DNA of 64,000 nt. Origin: an uncultured bacterium (GTDB taxonomy: Bacteria; Chlamydiota; Chlamydiia; Chlamydiales; SM23-39). The stretch is from contig OY970323.1 in assembly GCA_963716985.1 (NCBI GenBank), forward strand, positions 1,568,001-1,632,000, given 5' to 3'. This document shows positions 20,521 through 30,457 of the stretch, one piece after another; within the stretch, counting starts at the first letter, position 1; each line of letters begins with the position of its first letter. The translations under genes were made by a program, and so were the position numbers. The notes below the pieces were generated by a model. It made no database searches. It saw nothing but the letters and a program-made list of their open reading frames with translations, and was not told the DNA's origin.

Positions 20521-21993
20521 GCAAAAAAAGTAGATGAAGTAGCTAAGGCCAAACTTCGAGTTTTGACAGCCCAGGCTGACAGCGGTGTAATAGAAGCGGA
20601 TTTTCAAGAAGCGCTTAAAAGCGCAAAAGAACAAGAAGAGCACATGTTCCATATCACAGCTCCTCCCGGCCTCACTCTCGCTTCTTTACAAAAGGAACAA
20701 TCATTGAGCTCTAATCAGTCTATTATGCGTCATAGCGCCCGGTCTCCGAAGGAATTAATCTGTATTGCTCAGGCATTTCGAGTACCCGACGCAATCCGCG
20801 GCATTATTCCCCTCAGGACAGATCGTCTGGTCATGCATAATTTGACTCGGCGCTTTATGTTAAATTTCTCTCTTCAGGGAGAGCTGAGTTGCGAACTGCA
20901 AAAAATCATACCGCCTCTCACAAAAAGAGCTCTCTACGAGATGAATCTTGCCCAAATGGAAGAGCCTCGCCTCGAATTACAAAAACAGGCTCTGAGTTAT
21001 TTACAAGGGGAGCACACAACAATCAATTCAAAATTTCAACAATCGATAAATGAACTCCAAAAACAAGCTGGAGTAAAGCCTGCTGAATTGACTGCTGAGG
21101 AGTTTCAAAATGCCATTGCTATGAGAGCCGCTGATTTAGCTATGGAAACATGGGTCAAAGAGCTCGTTGACAAATATGACATGGCAAAAGCTCCAGAACT
21201 TGCCGAATATGAAGCGCTTCCCCCTCAAACTCGAGACACACGCCGTATTTTTATGATCAATGGCGGTGTAGCTTCGGGAAAAAGCAGCGCACAAGCACTA
21301 GAAGAAGAAAGAGCAAAAAAAGAGGGGGTAGACTGGAAACATATATGCCCCATCAATAGAGACGCATTTAAGCCAATGCTTCTAGACTTAAGGGAAGTGG
21401 ATAAGGATTTCAGAGGGTTTTTTGCTTCCTTTACGGAAGATGAGGCCTATCTTTTGCGCGATGCAATTTTAAGAGAATACAAAGAGCGTCTTGATGCAAA
21501 TACCGCTCCCCATCTCTATATTGACCAGGTATCGCCGACAATCGACATGATGCGCATGGCGGGCATTCCTGGAACGAAAGGATTGGATGTAACGATTGTC
21601 TACACTCCCGTGGAGACCTCGTTTTGCATGGCATATGGAAGAGAAAGAGAGACAAGCTATGGCGCTGTAACGCAAGGCGTACTCGATACACATGCTAAAG
21701 TGCCCACTCAATTACTTACCTCTCTGGGGACCGCTCAGAAAGAAGGCAAGACGAATATCCGCATTAGAATAGTAGCTAATGTTGCCAAAGGGGTCATTCA
21801 ACCTGTTGCTACAATCGACCTTTCCTCTAGAAAAGGCGCTATTGAAGACCAGAATCGCTTACTGCTGTTTTTCCATAAAATCCATATCAATCCCAAAGCA
21901 CGAAAATTTAGCGAACTCTACGATGCCACCCTGCCTCTTCCTGAGGTATGTTGTAGGTCTAAGGTAGAGCAATTACGCAGTTATATTAGGTAA
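20521..21993 (+). CDS. P-loop kinase, zeta-toxin-like; probably 5'-truncated
   Basis: Walker A INGGVASGKSS, INRDAFK, LYIDQ. The frame is open back to the IS end at 20520 and has no convincing native start. Confidence 0.6.
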   Translation, partial: AKKVDEVAKAKLRVLTAQADSGVIEADFQEALKSAKEQEEHMFHITAPPGLTLASLQKEQSLSSNQSIMRHSARSPKELICIAQAFRVPDAIRGIIPLRTDRLVMHNLTRRFMLNFSLQGELSCELQKIIPPLTKRALYEMNLAQMEEPRLELQKQALSYLQGEHTTINSKFQQSINELQKQAGVKPAELTAEEFQNAIAMRAADLAMETWVKELVDKYDMAKAPELAEYEALPPQTRDTRRIFMINGGVASGKSSAQALEEERAKKEGVDWKHICPINRDAFKPMLLDLREVDKDFRGFFASFTEDEAYLLRDAILREYKERLDANTAPHLYIDQVSPTIDMMRMAGIPGTKGLDVTIVYTPVETSFCMAYGRERETSYGAVTQGVLDTHAKVPTQLLTSLGTAQKEGKTNIRIRIVANVAKGVIQPVATIDLSSRKGAIEDQNRLLLFFHKIHINPKARKFSELYDATLPLPEVCCRSKVEQLRSYIR

Positions 21994-22040
21994 TCGAAAG
22001 ATAAGAGAAGTCTGAATGATCTTAAGGAGAACTTTGATCT

Positions 22041-22244
22041 TCAGACCTTTTTGTATTCAAAAGCGACAAGCATCGTAATTGTCAGAGCAGATGGAGCCGG
22101 CTCTACGATCGTTGGTGGAGGTAGAATGCCTGCTTGAGCTTGTTGAACTCTTCTTAATACGTCATTAAATACGGTATCCGGAATCTCTAGAATTTTTGCC
22201 GTCGGGCTGCTTACTTTCTTGCTTTCGTTAACGACAATTACCAT
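22041..22244 (-). CDS. Small hypothetical protein
   Basis: 67 aa with GAGG RBS upstream; no recognisable motif. Confidence 0.45.
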   Translation of the reverse strand: MVIVVNESKKVSSPTAKILEIPDTVFNDVLRRVQQAQAGILPPPTIVEPAPSALTITMLVAFEYKKV

Positions 22245-22440
22245 AATGCATCCTCATCAAATTTTGATTGTAAGAAACAAAATATTCTTTTTGGACAGAC
22301 TTTAATTATACCATTTTCCGACGCTATTGAGCACCAAAATTGAATCCTTAACGTCCGATTCTATCAAAAAGTATTTATATTTTCCACTCAACGGCTTAGA
22401 CAAATGGTTGAGTTACTTATGCAAGCCGCTTGTTATTAGA

Positions 22441-22503
22441 ATGATAACGCAATATTTGCATGATAATATAGAAAATGTTATCGTGCAAATATAATGTTAT
22501 CAT
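22441..22503. promoter_or_regulatory. 26-bp inverted repeat pair, candidate autoregulatory operator
   Basis: ATGATAACGCAATATTTGCATGATAA (22441-22466) versus the reverse complement of 22478-22503, ATGATAACATTATATTTGCACGATAA: 22/26 identical, 11-bp spacer. Confidence 0.75.
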
Positions 22504-22509
22504 GCCCCT

Positions 22510-23508
22510 ATGCAAAAAATGATCGAAGACCTCAATAAATATATTCTAGAAACCCTTGGTTTTACAATTGACCCAAAACTTGTCGATCTGACAAATAGCT
22601 TACCGGTTTTTCTTAAAAACTCTTATTTTGTTTACTCTGCGTCGATTTTTAACAAACACTATGTTCTCGCTGTTGCAAGAGATCCTGAAACAAATACCCC
22701 CGCACAAATTGCAAAACAGATGGAGCTATTCGAGAAAATAGAAGAAAAACCTTGTATTTACGTAGCAAACAATTGCCCTGCATATAACAGGCAACGTTTA
22801 GTGATCCATAAAGTCCGTTTTATCATTCCCGGCGTTCAAATGTATTTGCCCGATTTATGCATTGATTGGCGCAAAACATCCTCAAAACACCCTCTTTCCC
22901 CCCGAACTTTAACGCCCGCTGCTCAGGTTGTCTTAATCTACGCCCTAACGAATGGTTGCTCCGAACCATTTACTCCTTCAAAATTGGCAGATAAACTGGG
23001 GTATACTCGTATGACCATGACCAGAGCTCTTGATACATTGGAAGCACTCGGAATTGGGAAAAGCGTCCGAAAAAGTAAAGAAAGGCTTTTTTACTTCCAG
23101 GAAAACCAATATTTTCTTTGGAAACAAACCTTGCCATTTATGCAAACTCCTGTAAGAGAAACCCGCTGGATTCAAGCCGATGCACTAACTAAAGATATCA
23201 TCAGGGGCTTGGGAAAGATTGCCGGGCTTTCAGCGCTCGCACGACAGTCCAAGCTAATCCATCCTTCTTGTCCCATTTATGCAGTTCATTCTGTTCAATG
23301 GAAAATCTTACTTGAGACTCGCTTTATTCGAATCTTGCCCATCGCTGAGGGTGCGCAATTGCAAATCGAAGTTTGGAGTTACGATCCCAGCCTTTTTGCC
23401 AAAGATGATGTCGTTGATGATTTTTCACTCTATCTTAGCTTGAAAGATCAAAAAGATGAGCGCATTGAAAAAGCCCTGGAAAACTTGCTGGCGGATAGAA
23501 AATGGTAA
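22510..23508 (+). CDS. wHTH-containing AbiEi-like type IV antitoxin/regulator
   Basis: Central wHTH TPSKLADKLGYTRMTMTRALDTLEALG; AGLSAL; C-terminal SLYLSL...DERIEKA. Confidence 0.6.
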   Translation: MQKMIEDLNKYILETLGFTIDPKLVDLTNSLPVFLKNSYFVYSASIFNKHYVLAVARDPETNTPAQIAKQMELFEKIEEKPCIYVANNCPAYNRQRLVIHKVRFIIPGVQMYLPDLCIDWRKTSSKHPLSPRTLTPAAQVVLIYALTNGCSEPFTPSKLADKLGYTRMTMTRALDTLEALGIGKSVRKSKERLFYFQENQYFLWKQTLPFMQTPVRETRWIQADALTKDIIRGLGKIAGLSALARQSKLIHPSCPIYAVHSVQWKILLETRFIRILPIAEGAQLQIEVWSYDPSLFAKDDVVDDFSLYLSLKDQKDERIEKALENLLADRKW

Positions 23509-24269
23509 AAGGTCTGGATCTATTCAAAAAACACTTCGCTTCTTTTCAACAAAACTATTCTCTAATCGGCGGCGTCGCCTGTATGTTAGCCTTTGAAAAG
23601 GCGGGGCTTGCGTTTCGCGCAACCAGAGATCTGGACATTGTTGTGTTTGTTGAAGCGCTGGATAGAAGGTTTGCAACTGCTTTCTGGGATTTTATTAAGC
23701 AAGGCAACTACGAATCTCGTCAAAGAAGCACCGGCAAAAAACTGTTTTACCGATTTCACAATCCGTCCCATTCTTCCTACCCGGATATAATTGAATTATT
23801 TTCGCGCGCTTCGGCTAAGGTTTTCCATCGAGAAGGAAGCCATTTAACACCCATTCCAATTACCGAAGAAATCTCTAGCCTTTCAGCTATTTTATTGAAT
23901 GATGATTATTACCAATTTATCCATGACGGAAAGATGGCAATTGATGGAATATCAATCATCAATCCGGCCCATATCATTCCCTTAAAAGCAAAGGCTTATT
24001 TAGATCTTTCCGCTCAGGCCAAAGGAGGTGCTCATGTCGATGAAAAAGACATTCGCAAGCATCGCAATGATATCCTCAGATTGCACCAATTGCTTTCCCC
24101 CGCCACACCCATACTTTTGCCCAAATCAATCCGACAGGATATGCAAGAGTTTCTTGATCAAATAGAAGATTGCTCTTTAACCAATCTAAAAGACCTGGGA
24201 TTAAAAAACACGAATTTGTCTGAAGTGTTGAGCATCATAAAACAGATCTATTGTTCTTTAGAAAAATAA
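23502..24269 (+). CDS. Pol-beta-superfamily nucleotidyltransferase (AbiEii-like toxin)
   Basis: LIGG...RATRDLDI, LKAKA and KHRNDI motifs; overlaps the upstream gene. Confidence 0.7.
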   Translation: MVKGLDLFKKHFASFQQNYSLIGGVACMLAFEKAGLAFRATRDLDIVVFVEALDRRFATAFWDFIKQGNYESRQRSTGKKLFYRFHNPSHSSYPDIIELFSRASAKVFHREGSHLTPIPITEEISSLSAILLNDDYYQFIHDGKMAIDGISIINPAHIIPLKAKAYLDLSAQAKGGAHVDEKDIRKHRNDILRLHQLLSPATPILLPKSIRQDMQEFLDQIEDCSLTNLKDLGLKNTNLSEVLSIIKQIYCSLEK

Positions 24270-24521
24270 TGAAAAACACCATATAATTTGAGGCATCCCG
24301 AAAAAGAGCTAAATATTCGAATCAAGGGGTTGGGATGTCGTGCAGGCCTTAAAATGACCCCGATTATGCTGCGAAAATCAATCGAACTGCCCAGCTGTCG
24401 AAGGAACCTAAACCAAACGAGTCAATAAAAAGTAAGTTGCTGACAATGACATTGTTACATTTTTTTGTAGACTCAAAATTGTTACTTTGTTACAATATAA
24501 GTATATAGAGGAAGTAAAAGA

Positions 24522-24836
24522 ATGAGCGCAAAAGAGCCAGATTGGATTGAAAATGTTGTTGAGGAGGTCAGAAAGCACATTAAGGCTGGAAAATATCGAA
24601 TTACCAATCATGCTCTAGAGCGCCAAGAGAAACACAGGATTACCTTACCTGATCTTCTTCACGCCTTATCGAACGGATTTCACGAAGAGGACAAAACGAT
24701 ATTCGACATAAAGCTTCAAACTTGGAAATATGCAATCAGGGGAAAGGCAATAGATGTTAAGGAATTGCGAATTATTGTGGCGTTTGAGAAGGAAATGGCT
24801 GTGATAACAGTAATTCCAATTAACAAGAGAGGATGA
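24522..24836 (+). CDS. DUF4258-like type II toxin
   Basis: YRITNHALER, WKYAIRG and LRIIVAF..VITV motifs; ATGA overlap with the HTH gene. Confidence 0.75.
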   Translation: MSAKEPDWIENVVEEVRKHIKAGKYRITNHALERQEKHRITLPDLLHALSNGFHEEDKTIFDIKLQTWKYAIRGKAIDVKELRIIVAFEKEMAVITVIPINKRG

Positions 24837-25309
24837 AAATGAGCGAAAGAAAAAAAGAAACCATTATTTATAAAGGACTCGGCTTCCCAATCAAGCTCAT
24901 TGATGTTCCCATGAAGAAAATGTTCGGTGATTGGGTAATCGATATTGATATGACCGTGCTTCAATTAGTTGTTCTCAAGTATTTGGCAAGCAAACCAACA
25001 CGCCTTACAAAAAACGAACTGAGATTCATCAGGCATTTTTTAACAATGACCACCACTGAGTTTGGAAAAACATTTGGCGTAACTCATAGCGCTGTTATTC
25101 AATGGGAAAAAGGAAATAGAAACGCAAATCCTGCAACTGAATTTTGCATTCGCTTGTATGTGCTGAATTATCTGCGTGTCAAAGATAAGGAATTTCGAAG
25201 TCTCTACAAAAAAATCAGCATAGAGAAACTCTCCCAAAGTGTCGAAAAACGAGTTTGTCCTGTTGAAATCGATGCTTCACAAGATCTCTACATGGCAATT
25301 GCCACTTAA
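24833..25309 (+). CDS. XRE HTH antitoxin (MqsA/YgiT-like arrangement)
   Basis: LTKNELRFIR, MTTTEFGKTFGVTHSAVIQWEKG. Confidence 0.75.
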   Translation: MKMSERKKETIIYKGLGFPIKLIDVPMKKMFGDWVIDIDMTVLQLVVLKYLASKPTRLTKNELRFIRHFLTMTTTEFGKTFGVTHSAVIQWEKGNRNANPATEFCIRLYVLNYLRVKDKEFRSLYKKISIEKLSQSVEKRVCPVEIDASQDLYMAIAT

Positions 25310-25437
25310 TTTGCCCTATAAGCGAAATATTTTATGGCCGGATACTAGAGCCACTCTGCAAGCATTTGGTATTTTTTCCAAAAAATCGCTTCCCTAAAGA
25401 CTCCTTTCGCTTGTATGATCTTTTCGAAGAGAACTGT

Positions 25438-27036
25438 ATGGACCTACAAGAGCTGATTCAAGAAGAAATTGCCAAACGGCGCACATTTGCCATTATTAGC
25501 CACCCCGATGCAGGAAAGACAACGCTCACCGAAAAGCTCCTCCTCTATTCGGGAATGATCCAGACCGCAGGGATGGTGAAGGGCCGAAAGGGCCGCAAAG
25601 CGGCCTCTTCCGACTGGATGGCGATGGAACAGGAAAGAGGGATTTCTATCACCTCTTCTGCTCTGCAATTTACCTATAAAAATATCATTGTCAACGTCCT
25701 CGACACCCCGGGCCACGAAGATTTTTCGGAGGATACCTACCGCACGCTCACCGCTGCCGATTGCGCGATCATGGTCATCGATGCCTCCAAGGGCGTGGAA
25801 AAGCAAACGCGCAAGCTGTTCGAGGTCTGCCGTTTCAGAAAAATCCCCGTTTTAACCTTTATCAATAAAATGGACCTTCCCGCAAGAGATCCTCTCGATC
25901 TGATGAACGAGGTAGAAAATGTGCTGCAAATCCATTCCTATGCCATGAATTGGCCGATCGGCGAGGATCGCGAATTCCAAGGAGTGGTAGATCGAACAAC
26001 TCAAGAATGTGTTTTTTTCACGAAAACATCCCTCGGCGGTGCACAAAAGGCAGCCATAGAGCGTCTGTCGCAAAACAGCGAGGGGGCCAAGCGTAAAATC
26101 GGCGAGCCGTTATACAAAAAAATTCGGGAATCGCTTGACCTTCTGGACTCTGCAGGAAACACCTTCTCGAGGGAAGATTTTCTGGCAGGAAAGGTCACTC
26201 CCATCTTTTTCGCATCCGCCCTGACGAATTTTGGCGTCGAGCCCTTTTTCGATGCCTTCATCCATCTGGCGCCGCCTCCGGGACAGCGGATGGCCAATCG
26301 GCTCGATGGAAGCGAGATTGCGATCGACCCCATAAAAACTCCTTTTAGCGGCTATGTGTTCAAGCTGCAAACCAATATGGACCGCCGTCATCGCGATAGC
26401 ATGGCCTTTATACGCATCTGCTCGGGCCGCTTTGAAAGAGATCTCGTGGTCAAAAATATTCGATTAAAAAAAGAGATTCGGCTCTCTCGACCCCATGCAA
26501 TGATGGCAGGAGAAAGGGCCATGCTTGAATATGCTTATCCCGGCGATATCATCGGAGTCATCAACTCCTCTCTTTTCGCAATTGGCGACACGCTCTCGAT
26601 CAGCGGGGATTTTCAATTCAAGCCCCTGCCGCAATTTCAACCTGAGATCTTTGCAAGGATCTATCCGAAAGACGTCGCCAAAAGAAAATCGTTCGACAAG
26701 GGAATTTTACAGCTCACCAATGAGGGGGCCATTCAGATGCTCCACACTTTTGCACATGAGGGAGATATTATTTTTGCCGCAGTGGGGCAATTACAATTCG
26801 AAGTGATGCAATATCGTCTGAAAGACGAATATGGAGTGGATACGATTCTCACTTCCCTCCCCTATCAATGTTCCGCTTGGATATTAGGAGATTTGAAAAC
26901 GTTTAGTAAGACCACCACGTCTCTCATCGTTCAGGATCGAAAAAATCGTCCCATGGCCTTGTTCACCAGTGAGTGGGATAAACAGTATAGCGTCAAACTC
27001 AATCCGAAAAATGAACTGGTCGATGTTCTTTTCTAA
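25438..27036 (+). CDS. prfC: Peptide chain release factor 3
   Basis: RRTFAIISHPDAGKTT, ERGISIT, DTPGHEDFSEDTYR and GQLQFEV motifs. Confidence 0.97.
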   Translation: MDLQELIQEEIAKRRTFAIISHPDAGKTTLTEKLLLYSGMIQTAGMVKGRKGRKAASSDWMAMEQERGISITSSALQFTYKNIIVNVLDTPGHEDFSEDTYRTLTAADCAIMVIDASKGVEKQTRKLFEVCRFRKIPVLTFINKMDLPARDPLDLMNEVENVLQIHSYAMNWPIGEDREFQGVVDRTTQECVFFTKTSLGGAQKAAIERLSQNSEGAKRKIGEPLYKKIRESLDLLDSAGNTFSREDFLAGKVTPIFFASALTNFGVEPFFDAFIHLAPPPGQRMANRLDGSEIAIDPIKTPFSGYVFKLQTNMDRRHRDSMAFIRICSGRFERDLVVKNIRLKKEIRLSRPHAMMAGERAMLEYAYPGDIIGVINSSLFAIGDTLSISGDFQFKPLPQFQPEIFARIYPKDVAKRKSFDKGILQLTNEGAIQMLHTFAHEGDIIFAAVGQLQFEVMQYRLKDEYGVDTILTSLPYQCSAWILGDLKTFSKTTTSLIVQDRKNRPMALFTSEWDKQYSVKLNPKNELVDVLF

Positions 27037-27130
27037 AAATACCAAGACTCTTTTCGAAAGCTTTGTCTTCTAATTTGAACAGAAATATGGTAATTGTGAA
27101 AAAAAATCAACCGCAAAAAAAGAGCGTCTC

Positions 27131-29641
27131 TTGCTAGATTCCCTTCAAACAAAAACAGTTAAAGAGCTCTTTCAACTACTCGACACATCGCCGGATGGTT
27201 TGCACCCGGATGAGGCCAAAAAAAGAGCGCTTATTTTTGGAAAAAACGCTTTAAAAGAAGAAAAGGCATCTCTTTGGCACATTTTTTTTCGTCAATTCAA
27301 CAACCTTTTGATCTATATCCTTTTGGCCGCCTCGATCATTAGCATTTCGCTTAGCCAATGGACCGATTTTTTTGTGATTTTTTTCCTTATTACGCTCAAT
27401 GGAGTCATCGGATTTTGGCAAGAGGTTAAAGCCGAAGAATCGATCGCATCGCTGAAAAAAATGACGGAAAGTCAAAATAAGGTCATGCGCGAGGGCCATC
27501 CGATCTACCTCCCTTCTTCTGATCTGGTACCCGGCGACTACCTTCTTCTTCACGAGGGAGATCTCGTCACAGCAGATATTCGGGTCTGCGAGAGCTCCGG
27601 TTTGATGATCGATGAATCTTCGATCACCGGAGAGTCCATGCCCGTCACAAAAGATCCAAAGGCCATTCTGACAGAGGACTCGCTTCCCTTCGAGTGCAAA
27701 AATATGCTCTTTGCCGGCACCTATGTCGTGAGAGGTGCCGGAAAAGGAGTGGTTGTCCGCACCGGGAAAAACACCTATCTTGCGCAGATTGCCGAAAAAG
27801 GAAAAGAGACCTCCCCGCCAACACCTCTGACAAAAGCGCTGCATTTTTTTACCAAACGATCGATCGGCCTGCTCTTGGTTCTCTTTTTTTTCCTGGAAAT
27901 TGTGGGATATCTCCAGGGCAGATCTCTTTTAGATCTCTCCTATATTTTACTCACGAGCCTGGTTTCCGTGGTTCCGGAAGGGCTTCCGATCGTAGTCACA
28001 TTGGTCATGGTCCTTGGAGCCGCTCTTCTGAGCAAAAAGCAGGCGCTCGTCCGCTATCTGCCCTCTGTAGAAACCTTGGGCAGCGTCACGATCATTGCCT
28101 CGGATAAAACAGGAACCATCACGAAGGGCCAACTAATCGTAAAAGAGGTCGTCTCTCCCCATCTTGAAAAACTCAAGCTCATCGCCGCTTTATGCAATGA
28201 CGCCCATGAAAGATTCGGAGATCCTCTCGACGTCGCTCTTGCAAATTGGGTAGAAGATTTCGAAGAAATGCAAAAAAAATACCCGCGAAAATGGTCTTTT
28301 TCTTTCGAAAGCCGGCACATGTTCATGGCAACGGTCCACCTGGCCTTCGGGGAAGACCTGCTTTTCATCAAGGGGGCTTTCGAAGCTCTTAAGGAAATGA
28401 GCGAGAATACAGAAGAGGTTGCCCTGTTCGAAAAGGCATTCCATCTGCTCTCGCAAAAGGGGCTGCGTGTTCTTTCCTTTGGGATGGGCAGATGGGAAAA
28501 CAAGGATCCTTCCCTTTGGAAAATCCAAATGATCGGCCTGATCGGCTTTCTCGATCCTCCCAAAGAGGGGATCAAAGAAGCGGTCTTGGCAGCAAAAGGA
28601 GCGGGCATCCGCGTTTTGATGCTCACCGGCGATCACCCGACAACGGCAAAGGCAATCGCAAGAGAGGTCGCCATTTTCACAGACGAAGACTCCTTTCTTT
28701 CGGGGAAAGAATTACAAAAACTTTCCGATGCCCATCTCTTTGAAGCCCTGCAAACCACTACAGTGCTCGCAAGAGTTCTGCCCGAATATAAATACCGAGT
28801 GGTCAAAGTGCTCCAAGAAAGCGGGGAAATTGTGGCGGTCACGGGCGATGGCATCAACGACATACCCGCACTGCGAGCGGCCGACATCGGAATTGCGATG
28901 GGAAGCGGATCGGAAGCGGCAAAGAGTGCATCGAAAATCATTCTGACGGACAACAATTTAAGAGTGATTGTCGACGCGATCAAAAATGCACGGGTCATTG
29001 CGGACAATATTCGCAAAGCCATTTATTATTTGACTGCCACCGGTCTGCAAGAGAGTTGCTTGATCTTTTTGGCCATCCTCAGTTTTCTTCCCCTTCCCCT
29101 ATCCGCTATTCAGATACTTTGGCTCAATCTTGTCACGGCAGGCGTTCAAGACAAAACCTTTCCTTTCGCAAAAGAAGAGGGAAACGTCATGAATCGAGCC
29201 CCGCGCAAACCAGAAGAGCAGTTTTTTGGAAAAAAACAAATCTTCAAAATACTCATCTACGGCATTCCCGTCGGCACTTTTTGTTTCTTTCTTTATCGCT
29301 ATCTTTTAACAGAGTACTCCTTCGAAATTTCCTCCACCATTCTTTTCACATCGGTTGTGATGTCCGAGTGGGCCAATGGCATCCAAGCACAAAAAGAATC
29401 AGAGCCCTTCTTTAAAAACATGCGAGCAAGTTTTACGATCAATCCCCTCATCTTTCTTGGCACGGGGGTGGGATTTGTCCTGCAATGCTCTGCTATTTAT
29501 TTTCTTCCCACGCTATTTCATGCAACGCCGCTTAGCCTGGAGCATTGGAAATATCCCTTTTTTGTTTTCCTTACTGTCTTTGGTTTTATTGAAATGACAA
29601 AATGGTGCGCATCCTTCTTTAGAAAAAAGAGGCCGGGATGA
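27131..29641 (+). CDS. Cation-transporting P-type ATPase (type II)
   Basis: TGES, PEGL, DKTGT, TGD and GDGIND motifs; TTG start. Confidence 0.93.
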   Translation: MLDSLQTKTVKELFQLLDTSPDGLHPDEAKKRALIFGKNALKEEKASLWHIFFRQFNNLLIYILLAASIISISLSQWTDFFVIFFLITLNGVIGFWQEVKAEESIASLKKMTESQNKVMREGHPIYLPSSDLVPGDYLLLHEGDLVTADIRVCESSGLMIDESSITGESMPVTKDPKAILTEDSLPFECKNMLFAGTYVVRGAGKGVVVRTGKNTYLAQIAEKGKETSPPTPLTKALHFFTKRSIGLLLVLFFFLEIVGYLQGRSLLDLSYILLTSLVSVVPEGLPIVVTLVMVLGAALLSKKQALVRYLPSVETLGSVTIIASDKTGTITKGQLIVKEVVSPHLEKLKLIAALCNDAHERFGDPLDVALANWVEDFEEMQKKYPRKWSFSFESRHMFMATVHLAFGEDLLFIKGAFEALKEMSENTEEVALFEKAFHLLSQKGLRVLSFGMGRWENKDPSLWKIQMIGLIGFLDPPKEGIKEAVLAAKGAGIRVLMLTGDHPTTAKAIAREVAIFTDEDSFLSGKELQKLSDAHLFEALQTTTVLARVLPEYKYRVVKVLQESGEIVAVTGDGINDIPALRAADIGIAMGSGSEAAKSASKIILTDNNLRVIVDAIKNARVIADNIRKAIYYLTATGLQESCLIFLAILSFLPLPLSAIQILWLNLVTAGVQDKTFPFAKEEGNVMNRAPRKPEEQFFGKKQIFKILIYGIPVGTFCFFLYRYLLTEYSFEISSTILFTSVVMSEWANGIQAQKESEPFFKNMRASFTINPLIFLGTGVGFVLQCSAIYFLPTLFHATPLSLEHWKYPFFVFLTVFGFIEMTKWCASFFRKKRPG

Positions 29642-29718
29642 AATTTTTCTAATCAGAAAATCTCTTTTTTTGCTAATACTATTAAAACAGTAAAACAACA
29701 CTCTACAAGGAAGGTTTT

Positions 29719-30327
29719 ATGAATCCAGGAAGCGGATCCACATCTGTATTTTCGCTCGCTCTTTCTATCTTTGTTGTATTTAACGCACTCGGTTTTATGC
29801 CGATCGTCATGGCCCTTTTGGCCCATTACGATACACATCGTCAGAAAAGGATTATTACACGCGAGTGCCTGATCGCTTTGGGCATTTTGCTGCTTTTCGG
29901 CTTCTTTGGCAACAAAGTTTTAGAAGTCATTGGAGTTCCTGCCGCTATTGTGACTGTTGCCGGCGGAGTTCTTCTTTTTCTGATTTCCTTAACAATGATC
30001 TTTCCCCCCAGCCCTGCCGATACAAAAGGGCTGCCCCACCACGAGCCCTTCATCGTTCCGATCGCCATGCCGGGTTTGGCCGGACCGGCATCGATTGCCA
30101 CCGTGGTCGTGTTTACAAACCAGGTAGGTGCGATGGAAACCGCTTTGGCCACGCTGATTGCTTGGCTCCCCTCCTTTGTCATTCTCTATCTCTCTTCTTA
30201 CATTCGAAATTTTCTTGGAGATAAAGGGATTCAAGCAGTGGAACGCCTCGGTGGTTTTCTCATCTGCTTAATCGGAACAAAAATGGTTCTTTTAGGAACT
30301 TTTTCTATGATCAAGGAAAACTTCTAA
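29719..30327 (+). CDS. MarC family membrane protein
   Basis: AGGVLLFLISL, FIVPIAMPGLAGP and ERLGG motifs; 6 TM. Confidence 0.9.
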   Translation: MNPGSGSTSVFSLALSIFVVFNALGFMPIVMALLAHYDTHRQKRIITRECLIALGILLLFGFFGNKVLEVIGVPAAIVTVAGGVLLFLISLTMIFPPSPADTKGLPHHEPFIVPIAMPGLAGPASIATVVVFTNQVGAMETALATLIAWLPSFVILYLSSYIRNFLGDKGIQAVERLGGFLICLIGTKMVLLGTFSMIKENF

Positions 30328-30351
30328 ACCAAAAAGAACTTTCGGACTTAT

Positions 30352-30385
30352 AAGCGGAAGAAAGATTTTTCTTCCGCTTTTTTTT
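30352..30385. terminator. Intrinsic terminator between convergent genes
   Basis: AAGCGGAAGAAA-gatt-TTTCTTCCGCTT followed by a T-run. Confidence 0.85.
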
Positions 30386-30457
30386 CACCACATACTTTCA
30401 TAACATTGCAAAGCTGGCCCTATTTCATTTTGCCAACGCCGCAAAAAACGGACATCC

